A DNA stretch of 64,000 bases. Source: Bacteroidota bacterium. Its GTDB lineage: Bacteria > Bacteroidota > Bacteroidia > NS11-12g > UBA9320. The position numbers were made by a program, and so were the translations under genes. The DNA lies in contig WGNA01000013.1 in the NCBI GenBank assembly GCA_016124755.1, forward strand, positions 15,806-79,805. The letters run 5' to 3'. The notes below the pieces were generated by a model, which did not search any database, was not told the origin of the DNA, and saw only the letters and a program-made list of their open reading frames with translations. Of this stretch, positions 56,546 through 64,000 are shown one piece after another; position 1 is the first letter of the stretch; every line of letters begins with the position of its first letter.

Positions 56546-56687
56546 AATTAATCCGAATCACGGAACCGGAAAGCAAAAATAAATTGGAATCAACACTTTA
56601 TGCAGCCAGAAAAGAAATCGAATTCAGGCAAACCGATGTGTTAAATAAGATTGATACGTGTATAACAACCGGAACTATTTTCGCCGC

Positions 56688-57149
56688 ATGATTCCGGAAT
56701 CCGATAAACATCTCTATTCTGTTCGCCCTTTGCGCTATGATGAAGATCGAAACAATGAATTATTCGCCACTCCCGAATGTCAGATGTTACTTGACATGTA
56801 CGAAAAATATTATCCGGAAAATGGTTTTAATCCTCCATGGATTGCATATCTGATCCTTCAGAATAATCAGGTTTTGGGTACCGGAAGTTTTACCGGGAGT
56901 CCGATTAACAACGAAGTCGAAATCGCGTATTGGACCTTCACTCAATTTGAAGGAAAAGGAGTTGCATCCTTTATTTGTGGCGAGCTAATTAGAATAGCAA
57001 AAACCGAAATTCCCCAAATTAAGATTGTTGCAAAAACATCTCCTGAAGAAAATGCATCTACTTCCATATTAAAAAAGTATCATTTTACATTTCAGAAAGT
57101 TGTTCAGGATCATGAAATCGGTGATGCGTGGTTGTGGACTAAAATGTGA
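56688..57149 (+). CDS. GNAT family N-acetyltransferase
   Basis: Motif A region QFEGKGVASFICGELIRIA. ATG at 56688 is preferred over GTG at 56658. Confidence 0.7.
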   Translation: MIPESDKHLYSVRPLRYDEDRNNELFATPECQMLLDMYEKYYPENGFNPPWIAYLILQNNQVLGTGSFTGSPINNEVEIAYWTFTQFEGKGVASFICGELIRIAKTEIPQIKIVAKTSPEENASTSILKKYHFTFQKVVQDHEIGDAWLWTKM

Positions 57150-57243
57150 GTTGCCATCATAACATCACGTCACGATTATATTGCGCTAAAGACAGAACGT
57201 ACAGATTAATTTCTAACTTCGAACTACAAGGAAGTCAAAAATC

Positions 57244-57585
57244 ATGAACATCAAAGACGCGCACATTACGGTAATGGTAACGGATCTCGATCGATCAGTT
57301 TCGTTTTATGAATCCATTGGTTTTAGCACAAAACAAAGATGGGGAAATCATTATGCTGAATTAACTGCACCCGGATTGAGCATCGGATTGCACCCAACCG
57401 AATCGGTTAATCCGAATGAAAGAAATATATCCATAGGACTCACAACCGACAATTTCGAAAATGTCGCAAAAGATTTAGATACCCTGAATGTTCAGTATAA
57501 TTTGAGAAATGAAGAAGGAGGAAACTTTATTGAATTCTCCGATCCCGATGGTAATCCAATCTATTTTATTAAACCGAAATGGTAA
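57244..57585 (+). CDS. VOC/glyoxalase family protein
   Basis: HITVMVTDLDRSVSFYESIGF ... FSDPDGNPIYFIK. Confidence 0.85.
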   Translation: MNIKDAHITVMVTDLDRSVSFYESIGFSTKQRWGNHYAELTAPGLSIGLHPTESVNPNERNISIGLTTDNFENVAKDLDTLNVQYNLRNEEGGNFIEFSDPDGNPIYFIKPKW

Positions 57586-57783
57586 TTTATTAGAGATGAT
57601 TTAAACCTAAATTTAAAAATCGCTCAACGGTGACCGCGGACAAATCAAGGCCGTCCGTAATCTAAGTTACATTCTCTTTCCGCCTGCTTCTTAAGATTTG
57701 TCTTAATCGTTATGCAACCTGCCCGTCTTCCCGGAGGTTAGCAGATGGCACATTAAACTCATATTTTATTATTTCTAAGTACA

Positions 57784-59046
57784 ATGAATTCGAAGAAAGA
57801 AGTATTGATCATTGGCGGTGGAACAGCGGGAATTATGGTTGCCGCAAAACTCCGAAAAGAGCACAAAGACGTTAGCGTCACGCTCATCGAACCTGCCGAC
57901 ACCCATTATTATCAACCGGCCTGGACATTGGTTGGAGCCGGAACGTTTGATTTTCAAAAAACCGCTCGTCCCATGAAAGACCTCATTCCACAAGGTGTAA
58001 AATGGGTAATGGATAAGGCCGTCGGTTTCGATCCTAAAAATAATCTTGTTAAAACAGAGTCGAACGGTGATCTCAGCTACGATTATTTAGTGGTTGCAAC
58101 TGGACTTGTGATGGAGCCTTCCATGATTGAAGGTTTGCAGGAAGGATTGGAGAAAGGAGTTGTTTGTAGCAACTATACAGATCCGAAACACACATGGGAA
58201 GTGTTGCGGAATTTCAAAGGAGGAAATGCCGTTTTCACACAGCCCACCACTCCGATTAAATGCGGAGGAGCTCCCCAAAAAATAGCGTATCTGGCCGCAG
58301 ATTATTTTAGAAAGAAAGGTATTGCAGATAAATCTAATGTGATTTTCGCAACACCGGGAACCGTAATTTTTGGTGTAAAACCGATCCGCGACACATTAAT
58401 GGACGTGGTAAACCGATACCACATTCACTTCAAACCATCGTATTCACCCTATCGAGTTGATGTTCAAAACAAGATCATTCATTTTAAACATACAGCTGTA
58501 GGTGAAAACCGATGCGTGATTAATGAAGACAACGATCTCGGCGAGAGTATGGTCGGTGATACAGATATCAGCATGCCGTTCGACATGTTGCATATTGCGC
58601 CTCCGCAGGCAGCTCCGAAATTTATCCGGGAATCGGTACTGGCAGATGGAAACGGATGGCTGAGTGTTAATCACAATACGCTTCAGCACAACAAATACCC
58701 GAATATTTTCGGTCTCGGAGATGTGGCCGATCTGCCAACTGCTAAAACCGGCGCTGCAATCCGCAAACAAGTTCCGGTAGTGGTGAACAACATCGCAACG
58801 ATGATGAAAATCAATTCCCTCGGACAAAAAGAATATAACGGTTATTCTTCGTGCCCGCTGGTTACAGGATACGGAAAAATGGTTTTAGCCGAATTCGATT
58901 ATGCCGGAAACTTCACCCCGGATCCGAAGCTGAAGCGAATGTTTGTCTTTAACAGCGATAAAGAACACTGGAGATTATGGATGCTTAAAAAATATGGATT
59001 GCCCTACCTATACTGGAACAAGATGCTAAAAGGCATCGACGTATGA
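57784..59046 (+). CDS. sqr: type II sulfide:quinone oxidoreductase-like FAD oxidoreductase
   Basis: FAD motif VLIIGGGTAGIMVA. HYYQPAWTLVGAG and IKCGGAPQKIAYL match SQRDL/type II SQR landmarks, and GLGDVADLPT is the second dinucleotide motif. Confidence 0.85.
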   Translation: MNSKKEVLIIGGGTAGIMVAAKLRKEHKDVSVTLIEPADTHYYQPAWTLVGAGTFDFQKTARPMKDLIPQGVKWVMDKAVGFDPKNNLVKTESNGDLSYDYLVVATGLVMEPSMIEGLQEGLEKGVVCSNYTDPKHTWEVLRNFKGGNAVFTQPTTPIKCGGAPQKIAYLAADYFRKKGIADKSNVIFATPGTVIFGVKPIRDTLMDVVNRYHIHFKPSYSPYRVDVQNKIIHFKHTAVGENRCVINEDNDLGESMVGDTDISMPFDMLHIAPPQAAPKFIRESVLADGNGWLSVNHNTLQHNKYPNIFGLGDVADLPTAKTGAAIRKQVPVVVNNIATMMKINSLGQKEYNGYSSCPLVTGYGKMVLAEFDYAGNFTPDPKLKRMFVFNSDKEHWRLWMLKKYGLPYLYWNKMLKGIDV

Positions 59047-59051
59047 AACAA

Positions 59052-59084
59052 AAAAAGTCCTGCTGAAATAGCGGGACTTTTTTG
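59052..59084. terminator. bidirectional intrinsic terminator between convergent sqr and rhodanese genes
   Basis: aaaaaAGTCCTGCtgaaataGCGGGACTtttttt: an 8-bp stem with one G-U pair, a 7-nt loop, and A/T tracts on both sides. Confidence 0.7.
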
Positions 59085-59123
59085 TTGGTTATGTTCTGAA
59101 TAATTCGATGAAAAATAATCGGA

Positions 59124-59429
59124 TTAATTACCAACCAGATAATTAACCTCCATCCATCCCCCACCGTTTACACACTCTATACCGTGAGAACGAAGAATGT
59201 CTGTTGCCATACCGCTTCGGTTTCCACTGGCACAGCAAAGCACCAAAGGCTTGTTCATTGCGCGCAGTTGCTCGATGTCGCGATCGATAGTCTGTAGCGG
59301 AAAGTTGAGCGAACCTGCCACTTTTCCTCCCATAAATTCACCGGGAGTGCGCACGTCAATAATCGCGGCTCCGTTGGCTATCATTTCTTTTACGTTTGCA
59401 GATGCCATAGTTGAATCAAAAAATCCCAT
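59124..59429 (-). CDS. rhodanese-like sulfurtransferase domain protein
   Basis: IIDVRTPGEF and the active-site loop CASGNRS. The start was chosen at MGFFDS (59429); the track ORF extends to 59477. Confidence 0.85.
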   Translation of the reverse strand: MGFFDSTMASANVKEMIANGAAIIDVRTPGEFMGGKVAGSLNFPLQTIDRDIEQLRAMNKPLVLCCASGNRSGMATDILRSHGIECVNGGGWMEVNYLVGN

Positions 59430-59660
59430 AGTTGTATTGTTGTTTCTTGTTAATTGAAAATCTTTCCGGCAATTCAATTCCGGATTGCTGATGCAAAGTT
59501 GTGGTGACTTTCATTTTTGCAAAGTGACAATGGTTACCCCATCCGTTTTGCAATTTGTAATTTTGGCTACCGAACATTTCAAAAATTGACCGAAAGAAAC
59601 AGAGGCAAGAAGTCATCCGACGACAAATATTTTTCTGCCAAATGGCTATCTGTTTTCACG

Positions 59661-60293
59661 ATGGCAGCCGACGATTTTTGTTATTTATTAAGTCGTGATT
59701 ACGGAAGTAATGCCGCTTTGCATGTTGTTGGCAACCGTTATCGACTCAACGCACGACAGCAAATGGCTCTTTACCGGATCGGTGTTGGCGAATCCCGGAT
59801 TGCCAACCGGAAATCGAAATGTATTTCTAAAGCAGATATTTTTTCTAAGCCGGTTTCAATAGATGGTTTTAATCTTTTGATTTTATTGGAAAGCGCTCTT
59901 TCCGGAGGTTATATTTTTCGTAGTCGGGATGGATTACTTCGCGATATGTCAAGCGTTCACGGGACATATAAAAGAGTGGCTCAAACTGGAGATGCGATTC
60001 GATTAACCGGGAAATTCTTGAAAGAATTGCAAGCATCATCAATTACCTGGTACCTTGACAAACCTGTTTCCAACAGCGGCAGACTTAAAACTTTGTTAAT
60101 GGAAATAGCGGAAGAACTAAATATTGACTGGAACGTCGAACTAGTTTTTTCTCCGGATAAAGTTTTAGCCGAAAGCAAATCTATCGTTGTTTCATCGGAT
60201 GGTTGGATTATAGACAATTGCGAAAGCTGGATTAATTTGGGTTCCGATATCATAGAAGACCATATCCCAAATGCGTTAATAATTGAGGTATAA
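59661..60293 (+). CDS. DUF434-like protein with PIN/NYN-like C-terminal half (tentative)
   Basis: The N-terminus DDFCYLLSRDYGSNAALHVVGNRYRLNARQ resembles what I recall of DUF434. The C-terminal half (VSIDGFNLLI...VVSSDGWI) looks like a small nuclease-type alpha/beta fold. ATG at 59661 is preferred over TTG at 59517. Confidence 0.4.
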   Translation: MAADDFCYLLSRDYGSNAALHVVGNRYRLNARQQMALYRIGVGESRIANRKSKCISKADIFSKPVSIDGFNLLILLESALSGGYIFRSRDGLLRDMSSVHGTYKRVAQTGDAIRLTGKFLKELQASSITWYLDKPVSNSGRLKTLLMEIAEELNIDWNVELVFSPDKVLAESKSIVVSSDGWIIDNCESWINLGSDIIEDHIPNALIIEV

Positions 60294-60301
60294 AAGCAGC
60301 T

Positions 60302-60874
60302 ATGGCAATTACTGTTTTTAAAAAACTCTTTCTGTTCGGATTGATCTGGTTTCTGTTGCATTCCGAATTTATCATTGCAGACGGATTAACTCAAGATCAC
60401 CAACATGCTGATTGTGCCTTAGTTTTGGGCAATACCGTTAATCCGGATGGAAGTCTATCTCCCAGGTTGGAAAAAAGATTGGAAAGAAGTTTTGATCTGT
60501 ACTCGAATCATCAGGTTGGTAAAATTATGGTGAGTGGCGGTTTGGGTAAAGAAGGATTTTATGAAGGGAGTAAGATGCGGGCTTATTTAAAGGAAAGGGG
60601 AATACCGGATTCGTGCATTCTGGTTGATAATTCAGGAAATAACACAGAAGCTTCAGTGATAAATTTTTTAGCCCTAAAGAGCAGGTATCAGCTACAAAGT
60701 GTAATTGTCGTTTCTCAATATTTTCATATTTCACGCATCAAAATGTTATTCCGCAAACACAGGATGAAAAAGGTGCTATCGGCGTCTCCATATTATTTCG
60801 AATGGCGCGATTTCTATGCTATTTTCAGGGAATTTTTCGCCTATTACCTTTATCAGATTTATATTAATAATTAA
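60302..60874 (+). CDS. YdcF/ElyC-like DUF218 family protein
   Basis: N-terminal TM segment, then ADCALVLGNTVNPDGSLSPRLEKRL...IMVSGG...EASVINF...VIVVSQYFHISR, the DUF218 pattern. Confidence 0.8.
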   Translation: MAITVFKKLFLFGLIWFLLHSEFIIADGLTQDHQHADCALVLGNTVNPDGSLSPRLEKRLERSFDLYSNHQVGKIMVSGGLGKEGFYEGSKMRAYLKERGIPDSCILVDNSGNNTEASVINFLALKSRYQLQSVIVVSQYFHISRIKMLFRKHRMKKVLSASPYYFEWRDFYAIFREFFAYYLYQIYINN

Positions 60875-60982
60875 AACTTAACAAATTGTCCACTCCTACC
60901 TCAACTCAAAATGCCTTAATTGATTTCCTGAAAGGTTTCCCGGAAATTGATCCGGATAAAATTGAAGCGATTGCTGCGGCCA
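60875..60982 (+). repeat. left direct repeat flanking the AbiE cassette (truncated copy of the crp-like gene's 5' end)
   Basis: About 95% identical to 62742-62849. It encodes the first 32 codons of the Crp-like gene, then diverges to a TGA at 60991. Confidence 0.85.
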
Positions 60983-61085
60983 ATCAACAATGATGCACAC
61001 TGATTCGCCAAAACTTCAAGATCCTTTAGAAATAATTTGAGATAAACACCGAAAAAGCATACCTTTCTCAAATATTTACTACCAA

Positions 61086-61877
61086 TTGAAAGTTTCGGAT
61101 TACATCAGACATCTTCAATCCATCGAAGAATATTCATTTTCTCTTAATGAAATAATATCCAATTCTTCAAAAAACACTTTAGCAATAAAACGTGAGATAT
61201 CCAGATTAATTGAGAAAAAACAAATTCTGAATCTCAGGAAAGGATTTTATTTAATCATACCACCTCGCTATTCAAACTTGAATAAATTACCTATTCAGTT
61301 ATACTCAGAAAAACTGTTTACTTATTTAAATAGAAGGTATTACATAGGTCTGTATTCTGCGGCTAAAGTTCATGGAGCAAGTCATCAACAAACGCAAAGA
61401 GATTATTTCATTATTGAAACGCCTAAACTTAACTCCATTCGCAAAAACAGTTTTGATATCCAATTTTACACTTGCCGTAATTGGCCTGAAAATAATATAA
61501 ATCAAAAAAAATCTGATGCCGGATTTTATCAGGTGTCGTCTCCAGCTTTAACATTCATCGACCTTATTCATCATCACTCAAAAATTGGCGGGATTAATCG
61601 GATGTTAGCTATTTTAGAAGAATTAATGGAAGAAATAACCGAAGAGGACGTGCGCCAACTCCTGGCTTGGTACAATAATAAAAGTACATTACAACGTGCC
61701 GGATTTCTATGGGAAGAACTTCATGGTTCGGGTGCTGTTGCAGATTTATTTTTCGAGAAGATAAATAAAGAGCAATTTTATCCGGTTCTGCTCAGCATGA
61801 GCAAAAGCAGTAAACCCGGAAGTGTGAAAAATCGTTGGAAAATAGATGTGAATATCAAGCTTGAAAGCGACTTGTGA
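61086..61877 (+). CDS. abiEi: AbiEi-family type IV toxin-antitoxin antitoxin
   Basis: N-terminal wHTH-like region ending LRKGFYLIIPP (the AbiEi pattern ..rG.Y). 263 aa. The stop overlaps the start of the AbiEii gene (GTGA). TTG start. Confidence 0.7.
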   Translation: MKVSDYIRHLQSIEEYSFSLNEIISNSSKNTLAIKREISRLIEKKQILNLRKGFYLIIPPRYSNLNKLPIQLYSEKLFTYLNRRYYIGLYSAAKVHGASHQQTQRDYFIIETPKLNSIRKNSFDIQFYTCRNWPENNINQKKSDAGFYQVSSPALTFIDLIHHHSKIGGINRMLAILEELMEEITEEDVRQLLAWYNNKSTLQRAGFLWEELHGSGAVADLFFEKINKEQFYPVLLSMSKSSKPGSVKNRWKIDVNIKLESDL

Positions 61878-62665
61878 TTGCTAAACCGTACATAGCGCAA
61901 TGGCAAAATCACGCTCCTTGGAATAATTTTTCTCAAATTGAACAAGACCTTATAATTAGTCGTGCTTTGGTAGAAATTTTTTCTGATGATTTTCTTCATG
62001 AACATTTAGCTTTCAGAGGAGGTACAGCCCTGCATAAATTGTATTTGAATCCGGCTCCCAGATATTCTGAAGATATCGATCTGGTGCAGATTAAACCCGG
62101 ACCTATTAAACCGATCATTCAACGAATTGGTGAGGTTATCGACTTTTTTGAAGAAAATCGAAAAACAGAAAATCGTGGACATGGAATTAAAGCAATTTAT
62201 CGATTCACATCTGAATATGAAGAAATAAAGATGCGCTTAAAAGTAGAAATTAACTGTAAGGAACACTTTAATGTTCTTAATTGGGAAAATCTTCCCTTTG
62301 AAATGAACAATGGTTGGTTTTCGGGCAAATGCCATATTCGAACGTATAATATTAATGAACTTCTTGGCACCAAACTGAGAGCATTATACCAAAGAAGCAA
62401 AGGACGCGATTTGTTTGACCTTCAATACGCTGCAACCCAAACAGATATTGATCCCGATGTTATATTATACTGTTACCAACGCTATATTGAATTTGCCACT
62501 GAAAAAAAGCCACCAACTCAGACTGTATTTTTACAAAATATTACAGCAAAAGAGAATGACCCAAATTTCGTCGGAGACATCGAAGGGATACTGAGACCTG
62601 AAATTAATTACCAAAAGACAGCGGCGTTTGACTGGTTAAGATCAGAATTAATTGCCAGAATGTAA
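61874..62665 (+). CDS. abiEii: AbiEii/AbiGii-family nucleotidyltransferase toxin
   Basis: EQDLIISRALVEIF...LAFRGGTALHKLYL...RYSEDIDL is the AbiEii nucleotidyltransferase signature (GGTAL...R.SeDiD). Confidence 0.85.
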   Translation: MIAKPYIAQWQNHAPWNNFSQIEQDLIISRALVEIFSDDFLHEHLAFRGGTALHKLYLNPAPRYSEDIDLVQIKPGPIKPIIQRIGEVIDFFEENRKTENRGHGIKAIYRFTSEYEEIKMRLKVEINCKEHFNVLNWENLPFEMNNGWFSGKCHIRTYNINELLGTKLRALYQRSKGRDLFDLQYAATQTDIDPDVILYCYQRYIEFATEKKPPTQTVFLQNITAKENDPNFVGDIEGILRPEINYQKTAAFDWLRSELIARM

Positions 62666-62741
62666 ATTATGTTTCTGGCATTCAAAAAATTAAGAATGAA
62701 GACAGTTCAAAAACTTACGCACATAAACTTGTTAAACTAAT

Positions 62742-62849
62742 AACTTAATAAATTGTCCACTCCTACCTCAACTCAAAATGCCTTAATTGATTTCCTGAAA
62801 AGCTTTCCGGAAATTGATCCGGATAAAATTGAAGCGATTGCTGCGGCCA
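62742..62849 (+). repeat. right direct repeat (5' end of the intact crp-like gene)
   Basis: Partner of 60875-60982. Confidence 0.85.
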
Positions 62850-63352
62850 TCCCGGTAATTGATCCTAAGAAAGGAACTATTTTAGTTAAAGAAGGTGAAA
62901 TTCCGAAAGCCTGTTATTTCGTATTAAAAGGAATGATTCGCGAATATGTTTTCGACGATGGAAACGATCGTACGATTGGCTTTTATACCGAAACTCATGG
63001 AACGGTTTCTTCAGATCATTTCACCAATCAAACACCGTCTGATCGTTTTCTTGAATGCGCCGAAGACTGCCTTTTAATTGCCGGCGATCGTGAGAGCGAT
63101 CAATCGAATTATGAATCATTTCCCGAGCTGGCAGCAATAACGCGAAACATGTTGGAAGCCGATCTCAACCAAACCAAAAAGAACTTCACCTATTTTGTGT
63201 TGGCCTCACCCAAAGAACGGTATCTGCAATTATTAGAAAGCCGGCCAGATCTGTTTCAGCGGGCACCTCTTCATCAAATTGCAAGTTATCTGGGAATGAC
63301 CGCCGAGTCGCTCAGCCGGATCCGGAAACGAATTATTCCGAATTCCATTTGA
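62753..63352 (+). CDS. Crp/Fnr family transcriptional regulator
   Basis: cNMP-binding fold (KKGTILVKEGEIPKACYFVLKGMIREYV) and a C-terminal HTH (HQIASYLGMTAESLSRIRKR). TTG start. Confidence 0.8.
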   Translation: MSTPTSTQNALIDFLKSFPEIDPDKIEAIAAAIPVIDPKKGTILVKEGEIPKACYFVLKGMIREYVFDDGNDRTIGFYTETHGTVSSDHFTNQTPSDRFLECAEDCLLIAGDRESDQSNYESFPELAAITRNMLEADLNQTKKNFTYFVLASPKERYLQLLESRPDLFQRAPLHQIASYLGMTAESLSRIRKRIIPNSI

Positions 63353-63354
63353 TT

Positions 63355-64000
63355 TTATTTCCCGCCTTTCATCAGCATCCAAATTGCAAGTCCGACTTCG
63401 CCTAAAATCATAGGTAAAATAAATATGGCTTCCACCGAGGCTCTTTTTAATTCATAATCTTCAACAAACCACGCTGCTGAATTACTAACGATATAACCGA
63501 TGCCGGCGATCAAAAGCAAACCTGCCAGTATTCTTTGCATCCATTTCTTTTCACATACCAGTTTTGAAAGCAAGACGAGATGAATTCCAAAAACAATAAG
63601 TCCATTTTGCCAGATCGCTTTGAAAGTAGAAATGGATTTTATTGCACCTGCATCTCCATTGCCTGCCTGAATCCAAGCACGAACCAGAAAGCAAATTCCG
63701 ACAGCCAGAATTGCGGAATAAACCAACCGGAAAACCGCCATCCAAACCGAACGCGAAGTGTTCTTAGAGCGGTAATAAGAGAACAAGGAAATCGAAACCA
63801 AAACGTCGAGCAGAAAGATAAAAACCCAACCTATCACTCCGGTTGCAAGCGTAATTTCACCAGTAAGCAATAGTGTAATTGCGCTGTTTTGATCTGCGCC
63901 AAAAACCGGATTGAACACCAATCCCATTACCACACCCGCAAGAACAGTCATGAGCAATAAAGAAGCACCGGTAACAACAGCGGCTCTTCGTTGAGAAAAA
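63355..64000 (-). CDS. DUF4386-like membrane protein (5' end beyond the window)
   Basis: Multi-TM ORF. The frame stays open upstream of the Met at 63957 to the window edge (..RRAAVVTGASLLLMTVLAG), so the gene is probably truncated by the window. Confidence 0.55.
   Translation of the reverse strand, partial: FSQRRAAVVTGASLLLMTVLAGVVMGLVFNPVFGADQNSAITLLLTGEITLATGVIGWVFIFLLDVLVSISLFSYYRSKNTSRSVWMAVFRLVYSAILAVGICFLVRAWIQAGNGDAGAIKSISTFKAIWQNGLIVFGIHLVLLSKLVCEKKWMQRILAGLLLIAGIGYIVSNSAAWFVEDYELKRASVEAIFILPMILGEVGLAIWMLMKGGK

Overview
The window looks like a chromosomal, accessory-rich region of a Bacteroidota genome. The evidence is two proteins with T9SS Por_Secre_tail C-terminal sorting domains, a HisKA_2/LytTR two-component pair, many lipoprotein or OMP-like hypotheticals, and AT-rich sequence. 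I found no rRNA, tRNA, CRISPR array, integrase or transposase.

Genes I can recognise:
- Signalling and transport: a 7TMR-DISM class III nucleotidyl cyclase, a rhomboid protease with a long N-terminal extension, TrkH/TrkA potassium uptake, and a Crp/Fnr regulator.
- Enzymes: an MepA-like murein endopeptidase, an amidase-signature enzyme, an aldo/keto reductase, an archaemetzincin-type metalloprotease, an endonuclease V-like gene, and a type II sulfide:quinone oxidoreductase convergent with a rhodanese.
- Small stress or xenobiotic-type genes, present in unusual numbers: 4 VOC/glyoxalase, at least 4 SRPBCC, 3-4 GNAT, tandem YdeI paralogs, ArsR and DoxX.

The most interesting locus is a tightly packed 10.2-kb minus-strand operon at 13113-23370. 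It encodes a 593-aa beta-barrel-like outer-membrane protein, a 1908-aa Sec-signal giant with four N-terminal repeat modules, a 738-aa protein with six FN3-like modules, and a 176-aa lipoprotein. It lies directly downstream of a TPR-sensor histidine kinase and a LytTR response regulator. I cannot place the giant or the barrel in any family.

Other notable observations:
- An AbiEi/AbiEii toxin-antitoxin cassette sits between ~108-bp direct repeats that duplicate the 5' end of the Crp-like gene.
- A ~350-bp MITE-like element with ~30-35-bp terminal inverted repeats occurs in three full copies plus one solo end.
- A thioredoxin-fold gene has lost its CxxC motif and carries an in-frame TGA, with a duplicated remnant of its own 3' end just upstream.
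- Long intergenic regions hold several further repeat families: 101-bp and 144-bp tandem arrays, a 221-bp duplication, GC-rich palindromic hairpins and a ~118-bp dispersed repeat.
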